Shown: positions 1-17,814 of the stretch, in pieces
Position numbering within the stretch: the first letter of the stretch is position 1
How the letters are laid out: each line of letters opens with the position of its first letter
Assembly: GCF_009914755.1 (NCBI RefSeq)
Contig: NC_060941.1
Direction: 5' to 3' (one strand)
Source: the human T2T-CHM13v2.0 reference genome, Homo sapiens
Length of the DNA: 64,000 nt
The notes under the pieces: model-generated
The model's database searches: none
The model's input: the letters and a program-made list of their open reading frames with translations, nothing else
What the model was told of the DNA's origin: nothing
Program-made: the position numbers and the translations under genes

Positions 1-435
1 TTTTTTTTTTTTTTTTTGTATTTTTAGCAGAGACGGGGTTTCACCGTGGTCTTGATCTCCTGACCTCGTGATCCGCCCGCCTCAGCCTCCCAAAGTGCTG
101 GGATTACAGACGTGAGCCACCGCGCCCGGCCTTGTATCTCTTTTCTTTTTTTTGAGACAGGGTCTCACTCGTCACCCAGGCTGGAATGCAGTGACATGAT
201 CTCGGTTCACAGCAGCCTCCGCCTCCTGGGTTCCAGCGATTCTCCTGCCTCAAGCCTTCTGAGTAGCTGGGAATACAGACACATGTCACCACACCTGGCT
301 AATTTTTTTGTAATTTTAGTAGAGAGGGGGTGTCACCATTTTCCCAGGCTGGTCTCGAACCCCTGACCTCAAGTGATCCACCTGCCTCGGCCTTCCAAAA
401 TGCTGGGATAACAGGCGTGAGCCACCACGCCTGGC
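1..435 (-). mobile_element. Two Alus (left-arm fragment 1-131; full copy ~140-435)
   Basis: Reverse-complement Alu consensus with poly-T. Confidence 0.9.
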
Positions 436-571
436 TCGAGATTTGTATCTCATAACTAGTGTATAGTAGATTATTTTATTGTACAAACAAACAGTGTTTT
501 AGTGAAACTATGCCAGTTTCTAATTAACTTGTTGGTAAAGTTAGGTAAATTTGTTAGAATTTCTGGGACCT

Positions 572-880
572 GGCTGGGCGCGGTGGCTCACTTCTGTAAT
601 CCTAGCACTTTGGGAGGCTGAGGCGGGCGGATCACTTGAGGTCAGGAGTTCAAACCCAGCCTGGCAAGCATGGTGAAACCCTGTCTGTACTAAAAACACA
701 AAAAAATTAGCGGGGCGTGTTGGCGGGCACCTGTAATCCCAGCTACTCGAGGCTGAGGCAGGAGGATCTCTTGAACCCAGGAGGTGGAGGTTGCAGCGAG
801 CTGAGGTTGCGCCACCGCACTCCAGCCTGGGCAACAGAGTGAGACTCCATCTCAAAAAAAAAAAAAAAAAAAAAAAAAAA
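572..880 (+). mobile_element. AluS with TSD agaatttctgggacct
   Basis: Full dimer, long A tail, TSD at 556-571 and 880-895. Confidence 0.93.
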
Positions 881-1185
881 GAATTTCTGGGACCTACATT
901 AAAAAAACTAAAACTGAGAAAGTTGCTCATTTTCACTTTGGCAGGACCTTTCCATTTCCCACACCATTTCTGAAATCATATCTGCAAGTTCCTTCAGCAC
1001 CCAAGATGTAATTCTTGTGGATCCAGAGACTTGAGCAACTAACTAGCTCCTTGAAATCTGTTAACTATCTTTGGTTTGAATTCTATCATAAGCATGTTAT
1101 TTAGAGCTTGAAGACCCAAGCTGAGCTGGGGGTGGAGGGGTGGGGCTAGGGACAGAAAGGAGGTAAATCTGAATAGATCTAAATA

Positions 1186-1850
<665 letters not shown>

Positions 1851-2181
1851 TTTATAATTTTCAAAATTTTTGCAATTTCCTTTGAGGTTAACAAAGCTAA
1901 TTAGAAAGATATAGTTATGTTCTTTTACAAATGAACAACTTGTGACTTCAAGAGGTTAAGTGTTTTGCCCAAGTTCACAAATGTGGCAAACCTAACAACT
2001 GAGGAATCCTAATCCTATGATCCTAAACTACTTCTAATATTAAAACGAGTCCAAAGTAGTTAGAATTTTATAACTTCATTAAAAGTATTTGCAAAACACA
2101 CTTCAGCAAAGTTCTGTAGTTTGAGGTGTTTTATCACAAAAACTCAATTCAAAAATGCTTTTATTCAAAAATACTCAAGTT

Positions 2182-3312
<1,131 letters not shown>

Positions 3313-3946
3313 TTAAGGCAAAAAATACCCATGGGTCTTTCAAGGAACTCAAATGACTAAAAAGCAAGGAGGAAAACATAGAGGCCCATTTTGAGACTGT
3401 ATTCATCTTTAGAGCAAGCAGCAGCTACTAAAGGTTTTCAGCTACCAAGGACCACAGTGAGTGTAGAGATCAGATAGGAGTACCTGTCTATTGCAATGGT
3501 CCACTCAGATAAGGTAGTTTTATCTAATGTTATATAGCAATGGATAATGCTAATTTAGACTAAGATCAGGACAGCAGAAATAGAAATGAACATATTTGAT
3601 AGTACACAAAACTGATAGTTTTTGATGAATGGTTGCAAGGAAGAGTTTATGGTTTGCACAACAGGATAGATGGTAGTGTCATGCACAGTGACAAGGGACA
3701 AATGGTTGTTCTCTAGGGACCAAGTGGCTTTTGTAGAAGGTAACTGTTGGTCTTACTGATCAGATATGCTCCAAACAAAAAGAAAACGACAAAACCAAGA
3801 CTTAAACTCACACATTCCGAATGCAAATCTGTAAGACATTATATGGCTTGGACACGTGGCATGATTTAAATTTATCACTTCTAATTTTTTTCTCTGTAGT
3901 AGGTAGGAGCAAAATAAGGAAGTCTTTAAAGCATCAGCCTTTAAAC

Positions 3947-4249
3947 TTTTTTTTTTTTTTTTTTTTTGAGACAGGATCTTCTCACTCTGTCACCAAGGCT
4001 GGAGGGCAGCGGTGTGATCTCGGCTCACTGCAACCTTGCCTCCTGGGTTCAAGTGATTCTCCCGCCTCAGCCTCCCAAGTAGCTGAGATTACAGGTGCAT
4101 GCCAACACAGCCTGGCTAATTTTTGTATTTTTAGTAGACGGGTTTCACCATATTGGTCAGGATGGTCTCCAACTCCCAACCTCAGGTGATACGCCCACCT
4201 CAGCCTCCCAAAGTGCTAGGAAAACAGGCGTGAACCACCGTGCCCGGCC
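3947..4249 (-). mobile_element. AluS
   Basis: Full reverse Alu. Confidence 0.9.
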
Positions 4250-4516
4250 TAGACTTTAAACTAAACAGAAGGTCATTCTTGACGGTTCTGTTGGGTTGCT
4301 CTAGAAGGAAAAGACAAAACAAAACCCAGCTCTAACAGTATCAATTTCTATTAATCTCAAGCAGAATTTCTGGTTATAGCTATAGTACACTAAGGGTAGA
4401 GGTTCTTAATCTTCAGTCCAGGATTGATAACTCCCCTACAGTAGACAGGAAGATATTGGCAAAAGCAGAATAACAGAATAGACACCTCAGGAATACACTC
4501 AAAACAGTTAGATTTA

Positions 4517-4750
4517 GCCAGGTATGGCAGCAACTCATGACTGTAATCTCAATGCTTTGGGAGGCCAAAGCGAGAGGATGGCTTGAGGCCAGGAGTTTGA
4601 GACTCGGGCAACATAGCGAGATCCCATCTCTACAAAAAATAAAACTAGCCAGGTGTGTTGGCATGCACCTGAAGTCCCAGCTACTAAGGAGGCTGAGGCA
4701 AGGAGGACTGCTTGAGCCCAGGAGTTCAAGGCTGCAGTGAGCTATGAATG
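4517..4750 (+). mobile_element. AluJ-like, 3' truncated
   Basis: Diverged Alu motifs. Confidence 0.8.
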
Positions 4751-5540
4751 TTTGGTATTCCAAATTTTCAAATGTACCAAAATTATCAATGTACTAATAC
4801 ATATTGGTGCTCCATTGTGGCTGTAGCTGAATTATGTGATTTTTCCCGTTTCCTAAACTTTCATATATTTTGAAGTTTAAAATAAAAATATCCATGTGTG
4901 TGGTTTTACAAGTGAATACCCCCTTTAAAAAAAAGCTTGATTTGCAGTTTTTCGCTATACATAAGACTATAGTAAAAAAAAAAAAAAAGATAGAAACAAA
5001 CCAGAGGTAATATAATAGTGCTTGATTAAAGATCTGTCAGACAGAAAATAACCGAGGATAGGCGGTTCAAACAACATACAACTCCTTTTAAAGGATTTTT
5101 AAAATTTTTGCAGCAAAAACTATTTCAAAATGATCACAATAATTTTGAGGTATGTCCTTACTTGGCTTAAGTCTGGACAAAAATATTTTAAATGTGTGCT
5201 TACAGAACATGGGCAGAACTATTTTTGATGGATTACTCACTTCTGAACATTGTTCTTATGATCAAATAAAAATAGGATACAGCTAAGCTTTAAATATTTG
5301 AAGGTAGCTTGTTTGGACTAGACAATACCTAACTGGCCAGCCTACAAGGAATTGGTAGGTATACAAATATACAATTATTCTACATACTGTACATTTGTAT
5401 GTGATTAAAATCCTTTTTAAAATAAAATACTTCAGAAAAATTAAAAGACCATTAATCAGTTTCTAGGCTGTCCCTTTCCATTTATAATGACACAAAAATA
5501 TTGCTACTAATTTTGCACAAATTTAATATGGAAATATTTT

Positions 5541-5585
5541 CAACAGAATAAGACACAACAATGAAGGCTTCATGAATAATTTATT
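5541..5585 (-). terminator. Distal polyadenylation signal (AATAAA 5580-5585) with GU-rich downstream element
   Basis: Minus strand AATAAA, then TTGTTGTGTCTTATTCTGTTG 20-40 nt downstream; U-rich tract and TGTA upstream. Confidence 0.8.
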
Positions 5586-8154
5586 CCATTTGAAGTTTTG
5601 TTTTTTGTTTTTGTTTTTTTTTTTTTAAAAAGTATAAACCTTTTCATTTCCTCAATCACAATTTGTACAACTCAGTGTTATGGCATTCGGCAGCAATAGT
5701 GTTTGTTCCTTATTCTCTTTTTGTCACGTTAAAAAGAAAAGCAATTGGACCATATTAAATGTCACTGCTAAACAACAACTTTAAAACGCCCCTTCATAAA
5801 GTGACCAAGCTATTTTGAGAGGGTTGATGCTGACATGTCCAGTAATGACGTTACAATTTGTAGCTTAAACTCAATAACTTTAAGGTCCACATATCCAGTT
5901 TACTTTGAAAACTAAAGATGTTTTAAAACTTCATGAATACATCAACCTGAGGAGTATTTTAGGTCCCAAATCCAGTTTTTAAATTTATACTCCACAAAAA
6001 AGAAAATACATACATAAAAATTTAAACCACAGTTCTGGGCCCATTAAAACACCAAAAAAGACCCCCCAAAAAGTTAAGATTTCCAGCTTATTTCTGGAGG
6101 GGTGGGACAAAATAAGAATGTATATTAAAAACATTTTTCCTTAATTCAGACAAACTAAAATCTTAAGAGGAAACCCAGACCAAAATATCACTCATGCAAC
6201 ATTAAGTGTATTAACTGATTGATATGCAATGCCATAGTGGATGAATAGCAAATTATATGATGCAATAGCATTTAAAAACTTTTTAATCTATTCAATTTGA
6301 ACATTTTAAATAATGCAACATAGTATTCTGATATTACAGTATTAACATAGTGCTTGATTAAAGATCTGCAAATCTTTGTAGTAACACATTAAGTTAAAAA
6401 ATTACCTCAGAAGGTAAATATGAAGACGAAAGGAGAATATTTTAATACAGTAATCTGTGCCATACTGACAATTGAGTACGAATACAGCTGAGGATAGTTG
6501 ACTAAGTAGTAAGAGCTTAATTTTAGTGGTTTAAGAAAAGTTTAGAAATATTTAAAAATTACAGCTACTTTAAAATTTAAGGATTACATATAAGTACACT
6601 TGGTGGCCTTCTGGCCAAACAATAAGGTGTACAGAAATTTATTCATACAGTGTTAATTCACAGTCCTGATAACTCAATGGCTTGCATAAGAAAGGTATGG
6701 CTAGATGTTTCTCACTGGCTGGAAGCAGACATTATATAACTAATCTTTTTAAATGACAAAATACTGAACTTCCACCCTGCTTAATAATCATGGATACCTG
6801 CACAAAAAAAAAGATGTTAGCACTGTAACAAAGAAGTCAAGGTGTTGGTAATCCACTGCTATAAAGTATAATATTTTGCTTACCTATTTAAACAAAACTA
6901 CCCATATTTGTCTGTGACAGTACATTAGTAAGTCAAATCCATCATCCTGCACAAGGCTTAATTTCTCAAATAAGTCTACTGAGCTTTTCTAATGGTTATT
7001 TAATAACTTTCCATTGAGTTTGAATGGATATATGAAGGGAAGAAAAAAAATCTTATCAATAAATCCTGTATATTTGGGAACTATTCCCTGATTCCCAAAT
7101 AAAAAATAATTGTGTACTGGGTTCCCTCCTTATGGCTCCATATTAAATAACCTGTCAGGGAATAATTTTAAATCTACTTTCAAATTGAGGTGTGGTTATC
7201 ATAGGTTAGTGATTTTAAACAACTGAGAATATAACTTTTATTTTGTAAAGTCACTATTAAGTGTATAAAAAGGATACTCTTTTTATGGAAATTCCAAATA
7301 AGCACATTTTCCTTCAAATCTCAGACAAGTTTTTTTTTTTTTTTTAAAGAAAGTACAGAACAAAACATACCAACATAATGTGTGGTGTATTAGCATAATT
7401 TAAAAACAAATGCAGAGAGGTGATCTTTAAATTTAATATCAAAATATGCTGACCATTAGAACTGCATTATAATTTTGAAGAAATGATTGACAACCTTTGT
7501 CACCAATTGTGTTTGCTTCATAGAAAAAACAAGACTTGCTAATGTTTTCATATACACAATCTGAAGAAGTTATGTTGTTCATAAGAAAGTGATATTTAAT
7601 TCTAAGCACAGAGTATTCACAAAAACAAGTTTCAGTAAAAAAAAAAACTAAAACAAACACTGAAGTAGAGTTTTGTAAATACAACTGATTTTGTCCTTGT
7701 AGATAATTAGTGAACGTACAAATAGAAATTTTGCTAGACTGCTTCCAAGAAAGCTAGGTAGACTCGGCGACTGTGAATTCAAGTCAGCAATGCAGGTAGG
7801 AGGCGAACTTGGGCTCTTTTGTGAGCAGCACTGTAGAAAGGATTTTTCAAGGGGGTACAGCCTGCATAAAAGCAGTTATCTTGGCATGTGCAAACAAGAA
7901 GGGGGAAAGTTGTATTGAAGGAGGGGTGAATTAAAGTCCCTAAAATTCAAGTCCCTTCTTTAGGGAGGTGAGAACCTCCTTGGCATATGCCCTACCTTAA
8001 TCTGAGCTGTGTTATAGAAAAGTACAGACTCTGGTGTTTGGGACTGACATCTCCAAACCAAGAAAATTAAATAAATAAAAAAGGCAAGGGAAGTTTAAAA
8101 AATGGTTCTTTCACTAGTGGAATAGAGTCTGAATACCAGAATTCACTGAGAATC

Positions 8155-8162
8155 TATTTACA
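8155..8162 (-). promoter_or_regulatory. Pumilio response element UGUAAAUA
   Basis: tatttaca on plus strand matches UGUANAUA in the mRNA. Confidence 0.45.
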
Positions 8163-8545
8163 CCACAGTTTGATTGCGCGCACACACACACACCCATACA
8201 TATGCATACTCTCACATACATTCCCAATCTTTAATTTAAAAAAAAAAGTCAAACAATCAAGAATGACTGCTTGAAAAATAATTTGTAAAATGCCTAGAGC
8301 TGGGCTAAATTTCAACCTTATAGCAGATCCTGAAAATAAATTTCATAATAATATTTCCATGCCTAAATATGCCACTGTTAAAACTGAAAAAAATTTAAGC
8401 ATGTAACATTAAACACTAAAATTAGTTTAAGCATTCAGTAGCAAATGGTTTTTCTTGTAAAACTAAGTTTCTTTCACCGGAAATGGCCTGAAATATTAGT
8501 CATAGCCCTAAACCATAGTACAAAATATAACTGAAGAATTCTCAT

Positions 8546-8551
8546 TTTATT
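8546..8551 (-). terminator. Candidate proximal polyadenylation signal AATAAA
   Basis: tttatt on plus strand about 870 nt after the stop codon; usage not demonstrable from sequence. Confidence 0.45.
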
Positions 8552-8852
8552 CTAAGTTAAACCACCTAACAATACCACTTGTATATTGCCATCATGTTAT
8601 TCTGTAAAGATGTGATATATAAAATGCTGTAAGACCTGGTACCTTTTCAATTTATAAACACAGTGAACTTCATTACTGTACATGTACTCTGCAACTACAG
8701 CTTAGCTGTAAATCCTCCACACACAATGGTATGGACATTATTCCCCCTCTATCCCCGTTAAACTGTACATCGAGACAATACAAATTTACTGTCCCACCCA
8801 CCCCCTTACAAAAAAATAATACTCTAAAAGCAACCCTACTGCAACTTTTTAA

Positions 8853-8861
8853 TTAAGACGA
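8853..8861 (-). promoter_or_regulatory. miR-208a/b 8mer target site (UCGUCUUAA)
   Basis: Exact complement of seed UAAGACG plus A1; THRAP1/MED13 is the established miR-208a target. Confidence 0.85.
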
Positions 8862-9424
8862 TTACATATATTTTAGACCAATTGCTTTAAAGCAAGAAGG
8901 CAGTATAAACCTTCTAGGAAAATTTTTATAAAAGAGGTTAAGAAATATAAGACAATTTATACATTTAAAAACTTACAATAAATAAGAGAAGAGATGCAGG
9001 CATTTTTGAATACTAGATACTATAATCCATACAAGAACATCTTCATGTTCTGAAGCCATATGTTGAAATTCATTGTTCCTCATGTTTCCTCTCCATGCTT
9101 TTAATATTCATTTAACATGACTGGGTACTATGGCTCATTACTTTTCACAAATACTGTGACTGGAAAAAAAAAAGGTTAATTTTGCTACGAAAATGTTATA
9201 ATACGTTTTGTATGATCAGTCATCATCCTAAAGAGTTCAATAGAGTCAATGAAAAATAGCAGGGTTATAGCCCCTCCCCCCAAGTCAAAACAATATTTGT
9301 TGAAGTAATAAGAATTAGACCCCATCACAAATGACCTTCACTGAGAAGATAATTGTAACTTAATCCTGCAGCGAAACATCCATTTTTCCTTGTTCTTTTC
9401 TTGCACAGTTCCATCAAATGAAGA

Positions 9425-9586
<162 letters not shown>

Positions 9587-9873
9587 TTATTTATTTCCAA
9601 CCTAGATTTTGGAAGCAGTTTTCAATTATGGCATTTAAGACTCAAAGTCACCTTAAAAAAGAGTGTAACAGAGAGTCCTTGAGGGGAAAGAAGCAATTTC
9701 CATAAAAATTATTCTCAAAAGTAGATTACTCAAGTTAGAATAGCAGTGTTTATCTAGAGATCCACTGGTACACAACTGTAAATTCTTGCCAAAAATGAGA
9801 AAAATATATAAGAATCAACATTATATTCTTTTAAAGTTGCAGTGACAAACTGTTAATGGTAAAAGAGTTGTAC

Positions 9874-9974
9874 CTGAGGACATCTGAAGTCTGATTTGAG
9901 TCAAGTGGGTGGGAGTGTTTACTGTGAAGCAGCTCGTCAGATTGCACTGAAGGCACGTGGAGGTGCAAAGAGGC
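9874..9974 (-). CDS. MED13: MED13 coding exon 29 (101 nt; [10 protein letters not shown]...TSDVLR)
   Basis: Acceptor CTTAG|GCC, donor CAG|GTACAA. Confidence 0.96.
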
Positions 9975-10151
9975 CTAAGAAGGTAACAGGTAATCAATCA
10001 GTCAGCCAAACAGAAAATAATCTGCTATTTAGTTTTACCTTATTCTCCCAATATATCTTATAAAATGATGAAATACATTTTAGTCCTATGTTATGAATGA
10101 AAGCCACTATAAAAATGCTTGTTCTCTTTTAACTAATTCATTATAGAAATG

Positions 10152-10290
10152 TTTTTTTTTTTTTTTTTAAGTAGGGGCAGGTTCTTGTTCTGTTGACCAG
10201 GCTGGTCTTGAACTCCTGGCCTCAAACAATCCTCCTGCCTTGGCCTCCCAAAGTGCTGGGATTACACGCATGAGCCACTGTGCCTAGCCA
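10152..10290 (-). mobile_element. FLAM / Alu left monomer
   Basis: Single-arm Alu with poly-T. Confidence 0.8.
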
Positions 10291-11761
10291 GAAGTGATTT
10301 TTAAGTGCAAAACTTACTTTGAATCTATTTCCTTTTCTTTAGCTTTATTGTTTTTGAGACCATACAATAATCCTTAGAAAAAGAATTTCTAATTACCTGC
10401 TAAGTCTAATTTGCCTAGATGTGCAAAGTAAATGTTTAAGGAGGCACTAAATTGAGTAGTTAAACCTGAGTAGTCTGTCCTTAAGATATATGACACCCTT
10501 TATGACTACGCAGACATACCTACGTCTAGCACTGAAAAAAGTAACAGGAATAAGCATAAGCAAATAGTTTGGTTACAGCACAATAAACCTTAAACAAGCT
10601 ATCTTCGGTTGAACTGAGAACACTCTAAGTAATACAGTGCACAGATGCCTGCTTTGCCCACTCAATTTCATAATAGAGGGTAGGTAAAAACTGGCACACT
10701 CATTTAGATATGGCAATGAATAGTGGGAGAAAGGAATAAACTACTCCACACTCCAATTAAATGAGTCATTTTTTTTATAAGTCAATATAGTATTAAAAAG
10801 CTATGATAAAACAATGGTGATGTTCACTGCAGTAACTCTTGGTAGATCTCATTCTGTACACTGTATAAGGTACTATTTTATATTTAGGTGTTCTCTCCTC
10901 TGCAACTGCAATACATATAGAAACTCATGTAGTACATTTAGGAATATAACCAAAAATAGCTATGTTTCAACTGTCTACAAACTCTTGATTTATGGAGTTA
11001 TAAGCAAGTCTCACACTGCAAATCACTACAAATTTTTAAAATGTAATTAGTACCAGTACTCTATTCCTATGATAAAAAGGGATCTAGCTAACAACCCATT
11101 ATATTTCCAAGCAAAGAGAAACAAACCAGGTGGCTTTACTGCCTACAGTATAAAACTAAAATAAGATATATGAAAAAAAAAAGTGAACAAAAAGTATGGT
11201 AAATTATGCCTTAGGTGATAGTTCATAACCAGAAGTCCTAATCTTGTTACAATGTATCTAAGGGTGAATGCCCGCTTTATACTATCCTTTCTGCAAATAA
11301 ATACTGAGTAGGAAAAGCTCTAGATAGTCCCTTGGACTTTTTGTAAAGTTGTGTTTCCTGAACACATCCCCTGAAACACTAAGATAATAAACTATTAACA
11401 GGTGTTAAATAATCCTTTCCTTGTGTATTAATAAGTTTGGGAAATGCTAGGTAAACTATCTTATTTACCTCTGTTTTTCAGACTTTAGTGTGCATACATG
11501 TATTATGACTAGAAAAGAGGACAGATAGCATGTGTAGCACCCTCCCAAAGGACCAAAGAATCCTTTGTTTTGTGGAGACACCAAAGACTACTAGTATATA
11601 GAAAATCCCTGACCTCAGGTGATCTGCCTGCCTCAGCCTCCCAAAGTGCTGGGTTTACAGGTGTGAGCCACTGCACCCGGCAGCAAGTATTTAAATTAGC
11701 ATGACTTGTGGATTAAAAACAGTCAACTTCCGGTGGTTTTACATAAGAATAAGTGAGTCAC

Positions 11762-12139
<378 letters not shown>

Positions 12140-12192
12140 TCATTTTGTGACTTATCTCCACTTCATGTTACATTGCTTACTAACAAATTCGG

Positions 12193-12940
<748 letters not shown>

Positions 12941-13186
12941 AAGATTATAAATCTTTTATTCCCCAAAATAATGCAGCATAACAGCAGTGCAGTATGATGT
13001 AATTCAAAGAATAACATAATAATCATTAAAAGACCCAGGTTTCAGTCTTGAGTCTATTACCAATTTATGACTTTAAACAGGTGAGTTTTTCTGAACTTAA
13101 ATATGCTCACCTAGAAAATGAGAAGGTTAGACAGAGGTAATATAAAGTTTCTCTCAGCTCTAAATTTCCATATATGCAGTTGAAAC

Positions 13187-13271
13187 AGATTGAGCATCTC
13201 CAATTTGAAAAAATCCAAAAATGGAAACAATTCTGGTCCCAAGCATTTCGAATAAGGGATACTCAATCTAC
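13187..13271. mobile_element. Tigger4/MER46-type DNA transposon remnant
   Basis: Inverted termini cagattgagcatc...gatactcaatct and internal ctggtcccaagcatttcg..taaggg. Confidence 0.65.
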
Positions 13272-13342
13272 ACTAACAACAAGGGCCCTAGGAGTTTGAC
13301 TTAGGAATAAAGTTCTAAAAATATAAATTTAAAAACTAGTTG

Positions 13343-13636
<294 letters not shown>

Positions 13637-13742
13637 TCGTGATCTTGTTTAAAGAGTCACATATGGCAGTGCATTTAAGAACTTAGACAAGCTATAAGAC
13701 TTAAAAAAGCCACTTCTATATTTCTCAGGACTTAGGCTGTCA

Positions 13743-13970
<228 letters not shown>

Positions 13971-14798
13971 TTAAAAGTATATTAGTTCACTCAGTGTAAC
14001 TAAGTACCAGATATAAACACAGAATGGCTCATAGCAATCAGTCTCATTATCTTATGACATCGATTTAATAAAATACTGAAGGATATTGAAAAAAAACCAG
14101 TTTCTATGTACTTAGGAGTATTATAAGTAAAAGCATTAATAGAACATATTTTAAGGATTGCATGATATGCCAACTGTTTAACAAGTCTGTATTATTATGC
14201 CAAGTTCACGGGAAAGTTTGTAAAACTTCACAGATGAGTAAAAAATACAAAATTTTCAATGACATCTTTAACTTTTTTGCTAATATTCCTTTAAGTCCTG
14301 AAAACCACACCCCAATCAAAAGGTGGATTCAATTTAGCTTTGTTAATCTAGCACTATCTATAAAATGCAGTTAATAGTGTTGTGAAAATTATTATGGCAA
14401 CATGAAGGGACAACTACCAAGTCACATGCATATCCTTTGGATTAGTTAATGTATTTCTTGGTATTTAAAAATAGATAAAATAAAAATAATATGCATGAAA
14501 ACGTTCATTACATCATTATCTATAACAAAAAAAAATCTTACATGTCCAATATTTTGGGAAGGACATAAATTAGGGTATAGCAAAAATGCAATATTTAAAA
14601 CCTCATTATACTTATTGAAAATTGCAACATAAACGTATGTGGAAAGAAGATAATTTGCTTAAAAGTAAAAATGGTTTTATTAAGGTGGTGGGATTACTGG
14701 TGCTTTTTGTTATATGTATTTCCTATCTAATTTCTTTGCAGTTACAAAAAGGAGGAAGGAATGCAAAGTAAGACTGGAAAGATCCTTCCTTACTTTAA

Positions 14799-16116
<1,318 letters not shown>

Positions 16117-16255
16117 CTATGGTCATTCACAGGAAAGGGTCAAAATAAATGAAATTTTAACCAAAATGGGTTAATTTAACCAACATTTACTGAGTGTCTA
16201 CCATGTGCCAAGTATTGTGCTAAAAGCCGTACAAATAATTATGCATAAACAAGCA

Positions 16256-16732
16256 TGTGGTAGTCTGAATAATGGCCCCCCAAAGATGTCCACATCCTAA
16301 TCCCAGGAATCTAAGAATATGTTACCATAAAAGACTTTGCAGATGTGATCAAGCTAAGGATCTTGAGATGGGGAGATTATTCTGGATTATCCGGGTGGGT
16401 CCAATGTAATCACAGGGGTCCTAATAAGAGGGAGGCAGTAGGGTTAGAGCCAGTGAAGGAGATGTGATGACACTATACTGCTGGCATCCAGGATAGAGGA
16501 AGGGACCATGAGCCAAGGAATGCAAGTAGCCTGTAGAAACTGACAAAGGCAAGGAAACATTTTCCCTTAGGACCTCCAGAAAGTAATCAATCCTGCTGAT
16601 ATTTTGACTTTGGCCCAGTGAGACTGATTTTGGACTTCTGACTTCCAGAACTGTAAGATAAAATAAATGCGTGTTGTTTTAAGCCACTAAATGTGTAGTA
16701 CTTTGTTAGAGCAGCAATAGGAAACTAATACA
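16256..16732 (+). mobile_element. MaLR solo LTR (MLT1-type) with 5-bp TSD aagca
   Basis: TG...CA termini (tgtggtagtctgaataatggccccc...aactaataca), AATAAA, TSD at 16251-16255 and 16733-16737. Confidence 0.85.
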
Positions 16733-16780
16733 AAGCAAACATAGTACAAACAAAATGAAAATGTGTTTAAAGTGGGACTA

Positions 16781-17096
16781 CAGTATTCCCCCTTATCCAT
16801 GGGGAATATGTCCCAAGACCCACCCCCATACCCACATAGATTCCTGAAACCAAGGATAGTACCAAATCCTATATACTGGTTTTTCCTTTACGTACACACC
16901 TATGATGGAGTTTCAATGATAAATTAGGTACAGTAAGAGATTAACAACGAGAATATTAGAACAATTATAGCAAGGTACTATAATAAAAGGTATGTGAATG
17001 TGGTCTCTCTCTCTCTCTTTCAAACTATCTTATTGTACTGTACCCATGGGCAACTGAAATCATGTAAAGCAAAACCAAAGATAAGGAGGATTACTG
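16781..17096. mobile_element. MER44-like (Tigger) MITE with TA TSD
   Basis: TIRs cagtattcccccttatcc / gataaggaggattactg flanked by TA. Confidence 0.75.
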
Positions 17097-17384
17097 TATT
17101 TACGAATAATACCATGTTCTTTATTAAGTAAAATATTCGAGTTATTATATAACACACGAAAACAAGAGAGCATAATAACCATACTTGTGACTTTAGAGAT
17201 GTGAGAGTTTTTAAGGTAGCTCAGAATAACAATAAAATCTTCTTTATTTTCTCTTCTACTAAAATGCAATCTATAAATTCACCTGGAAAAGCTACGTCCC
17301 TACTTTGGCAGTTTATATAAATTACATTATTTTGGCAAATCAACATAAGAGATATATAAAATGAGTTCATGTACAGGTACCTCA

Positions 17385-17745
<361 letters not shown>

Positions 17746-17814
17746 TTTAAAAAGTAAAGATTTATGGGATAATTCACAGCACCAGTTCTGATATCAACAA
17801 GGTGAAAGAATGAT

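Larger units (their letters stand above)
5565..9424 (-). other. MED13: MED13 3' UTR (~3.86 kb, AU-rich, no TE recognised)
   Basis: Extends from the stop codon to the AATAAA at 5580-5585; apparently TE-free while surroundings are Alu-dense. Exact cleavage site estimated. Confidence 0.85.

Noticed and set aside
7439-7684. 81-aa sense ORF in the 3' UTR (also intronic ORF 54978..55391)
   Set aside because: No recognisable homology; lengths expected by chance in AT-rich DNA
6664-8333. Possible miR-378a-5p sites in the UTR
   Set aside because: Only 6mer cores (tcctga) seen, no 7mer or 8mer
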